A stretch of 64,000 bases of DNA from Octopus bimaculoides (taxonomy: Eukaryota): assembly GCF_001194135.2 (NCBI RefSeq), contig NC_068986.1:70644550-70708549 (forward strand), written 5' to 3'. Both the position numbers and the translations under genes were made by a program. Positions 61,490 through 64,000 of this stretch are shown in pieces. How positions within the stretch are numbered: position 1 is the stretch's first letter; each line of letters starts with the position of its first letter. The notes below the pieces were generated by a model. The model made no database searches, was not told the DNA's origin, and saw only the letters and a program-made list of their open reading frames with translations.

Positions 61490-62720
61490 CAGAGCATGCT
61501 TGCTTCATTTCTTTCCAGTTTTCTCATGTTCTCTGCATTCATGGTTCATGTCTCACTACCATGCAGTATTGCAATTCTAATACAAGCATCATACAATCTG
61601 CCCTTCAGTCTGAGGGAAAAGACTGCCATTGCCAAATGCAATTGTAGTTGCTTGAACTTTCTCCAATCTATTGTTACTCTGGCTGTTATACGAGGGGAAG
61701 TCAAAAATTATCTGCACTTTCACCATAACATATTATCACACTGCTTTCTGCATATGCGTGCTCATAGTTGGTATTATTGTGGTCACTTGATCGATGTTTG
61801 AGTCTGATTGTGCCATTTTTATTTTCTTTCTGGCTTTTTCAATGTAAGCATGGCTGCTCCTCTAACAATGTGCACCAAAGAAGAACAAAAGGTAGTAATC
61901 AGATTTCTCTGATTGAAAGATGTGTCAGGTGCTGAAATTCGTCAGAGGTTTTTTGCATAATACGGGGACAGTGTGCTACCACGTAGAAGTATGTATGGGT
62001 GGATCAAGAAGTTTAAAAATGGCCAGTCAAACGTGACACACAAAGAGGGAGCAGGACACCCGTCAGCCTCCACCACTGGCTAGAAGATTCAGCAAGCTTG
62101 AGAGATGGTAATGGTGAACCAGTACACTATTTCCATCACTCAGATCACTGCTCTTTGTTCTTCTTTGGTGCACATTGCTAGTGGAGTGGCCATGCTTACA
62201 CTGTAAAGCCAGAAAGAAAATGGTGCAATCGGGCTCAAACTTCGATCGCATGACCACACTAGTACCATCTATAAGCGCACATGTGCAGAACGCAGTGTCA
62301 TGATGATAAAGATATGTTATGGTGAAAGTGCGGATGGTTTTTAACTTCATACTTTTGGGGCAATTACCTCAGTTTGCTGATCACATCTTTTATGTAGTTA
62401 CAGCTGTCAACTACTTCTAGTGAGCCATCCAGGCATTCAAAAGAGTCTGTTTCCACTGAGTGTACTTCTCCAGTGCATTTATCACTTTCAAAGCTTATTT
62501 ATGTCCACTGCTAGTCTGCTTGTAATTCTGATACATCTCTTGTGTTCATAGTTTACGTTGGGTACAATGTATAGAATTTATACCTCATCCATTACTGCAT
62601 ATTGAGCAAGACCACTTTTCCTGAAGGCACCAGGATCTGGTATTCTTTCCTACTCACTAAACCCATCAGTTTGACTAAGTTGACCTTAAGACCACTTGAT
62701 TCTGGGTTTGGCTTCTATAC
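61490..62720 (-). mobile_element. RTE LINE fragment interrupted by a mariner
   Basis: GLKVNLVK, WSCSIC and LEVVDSCNY lie on one side and ITARVTIDWRKF on the other. The reading is continuous once 61691-62349 and one TA are removed. Confidence 0.8.
61691..62349 (+). mobile_element. Internally deleted mariner
   Basis: TA flanks and TIR core gcactttcaccataacatat on both ends. It encodes MAAPLTMCTKEEQKVVIRFL...YGDSVLPRRSMYGWIKKFKNG. Confidence 0.85.
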
Positions 62721-63339
62721 CTGGAATTTCCTCTCTAATTCCCCACAAAACTTTGGAATAAATAAAGTTATAATGAATATTAGACTTTACAGTTGTCTAA
62801 TATGTACCAATTAATGTTAATGTGTATGGACGTATATAATTTTGATTTGTATATAGTAAATTATTGTATCTTTACATCAGTTGAAGGAATATAACTCTCT
62901 GGAAGGAAAGTGAACTCAATGGATTCAGTAAATAGAAATAGATAAAATGAATATTGACTACTGGGGTTAGTCAATATCATTGACTAAAAAGTCTTACAAA
63001 TTTAGCCACAATGCCCTGTATGTCAGTGACTGAGACATAAAACCCTTAACTCTTTTACTGCAGAAATTAGATATAACCACTCAATTTATCATTAACTGTA
63101 GAAAGCAGTTTTATATACCAGATTTGAAACTATTTTTTGTCGAGGTATGTGAAGTTTATTGAGGCAAAATGACTTGCAGAAAAGACTAATTTTACTTTTT
63201 GATAGATTTTTATTGTTTTTATTGGAATCGTCGTCGTCGTTGTCGTTTAACGTCCGCTTTCCATGCTAGCATGGGAGGGTTAAACGGTTCCATGTTTTTA
63301 GAGCTTTATATTTGAAATTCATTGAAAAATATATACATG

Positions 63340-63720
63340 ATGTTCAATCCCACACATAGTAATCCATGGGATTACAATCGGGAAATGAGGAAGCCAGAAA
63401 TTGGGGCTGGTAAAGTTGTACCAATTCTCCAACAATCACTTCTGACTCTTTCTAGAGGTATGGCAAAGAACTTAATTCTGCTGCCACACACATGGCCTTT
63501 GAACAGCAAATCTCTCTGGCTAAGGTTTGGCCATTTTCAGTCAAAGGCCCTGTTCAAAGATGTGGTGTAGCATGATGTCTTTCTTACTGGGGACACATCC
63601 AAAGACCATCACAGTTTCGAGAACTCTGTTTTCCTGATGTTCATCTCATGTCTTACAGCTTTTATGGTGCTCAGAGTAATTGAGCAGCAGTTATGATGTT
63701 GGCATTTTGATACCAGTGCA
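63340..63720 (-). mobile_element. maT (DD37D-type) Tc1/mariner transposase relic
   Basis: The minus strand gives VMVFGCV...IMLHHIFEQGL, VWQQ...CHTSRKSQK and FPDCNPMDYYVW in broken frames. Confidence 0.7.
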
Positions 63721-63909
63721 AATCATCATGATGCAGGTAACTCTTTTCCAATATTCAGGTGGCTTTGAGTCCTCCATATTAGCTAACTTTTTCTCAGCTA
63801 TAATTTTAATTTTATGTTCTCCAACACCATTAACTGTTCACCAATATATCAAGCTATTCTTGAAAGAAAAAGACATAACAAAATCAAGTTTATCTCACAC
63901 ACTCTGTAG

Positions 63910-63920
63910 TTGTATGTGTG

Positions 63921-63959
<39 letters not shown>

Positions 63960-63963
63960 ATAA

Positions 63964-63997
<34 letters not shown>

Positions 63998-64000
63998 ATA
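63910..64000. repeat. (TA)n/(TG)n microsatellite
   Basis: Directly visible. Confidence 0.9.

Overview
AT-rich, repeat-dense eukaryotic genomic DNA. The SINE, RTE and microsatellite repertoire looks like an octopus (cephalopod) genome; this is an inference and was not checked against a database. Two divergently transcribed spliced genes are partly present. (1) On the minus strand, an SR-type RRM splicing-factor gene: coding exons 33385-33265, a 12-nt microexon at 18670-18659 and 10260-10220 give MSRRAEGQLFIGRLSKNTRQRDLEEIFEPYGRMQRCEIKY-GAEM-AYAFVDYEDRRDAE. The rest is probably left of the window. (2) On the plus strand, ARL1: coding exons 45406-45409, 52656-52790, 54409-54490 and 60037-60148; the last exons lie beyond the window. 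The rest is mostly transposable elements: RTE, CR1/L2, Tx1, R4/Dong and Penelope-like retroelements, a Gypsy gag relic, several tRNA-derived SINEs, mariner and maT elements (one young and possibly intact, spanning an N gap), Merlin, hAT, piggyBac-type MITEs, HINE-like elements and foldback elements. The most interesting signals cluster in the SR gene: a frame-preserving microexon in the RRM with nearby decoy acceptors, and a YCAY-rich candidate poison exon in a repeat-free intron segment. Also notable are a PHD finger embedded in the reverse transcriptase of the local RTE family and a foldback element carrying telomere-like repeats. All calls come from reading the sequence by eye. Repeat boundaries without TSDs are approximate.
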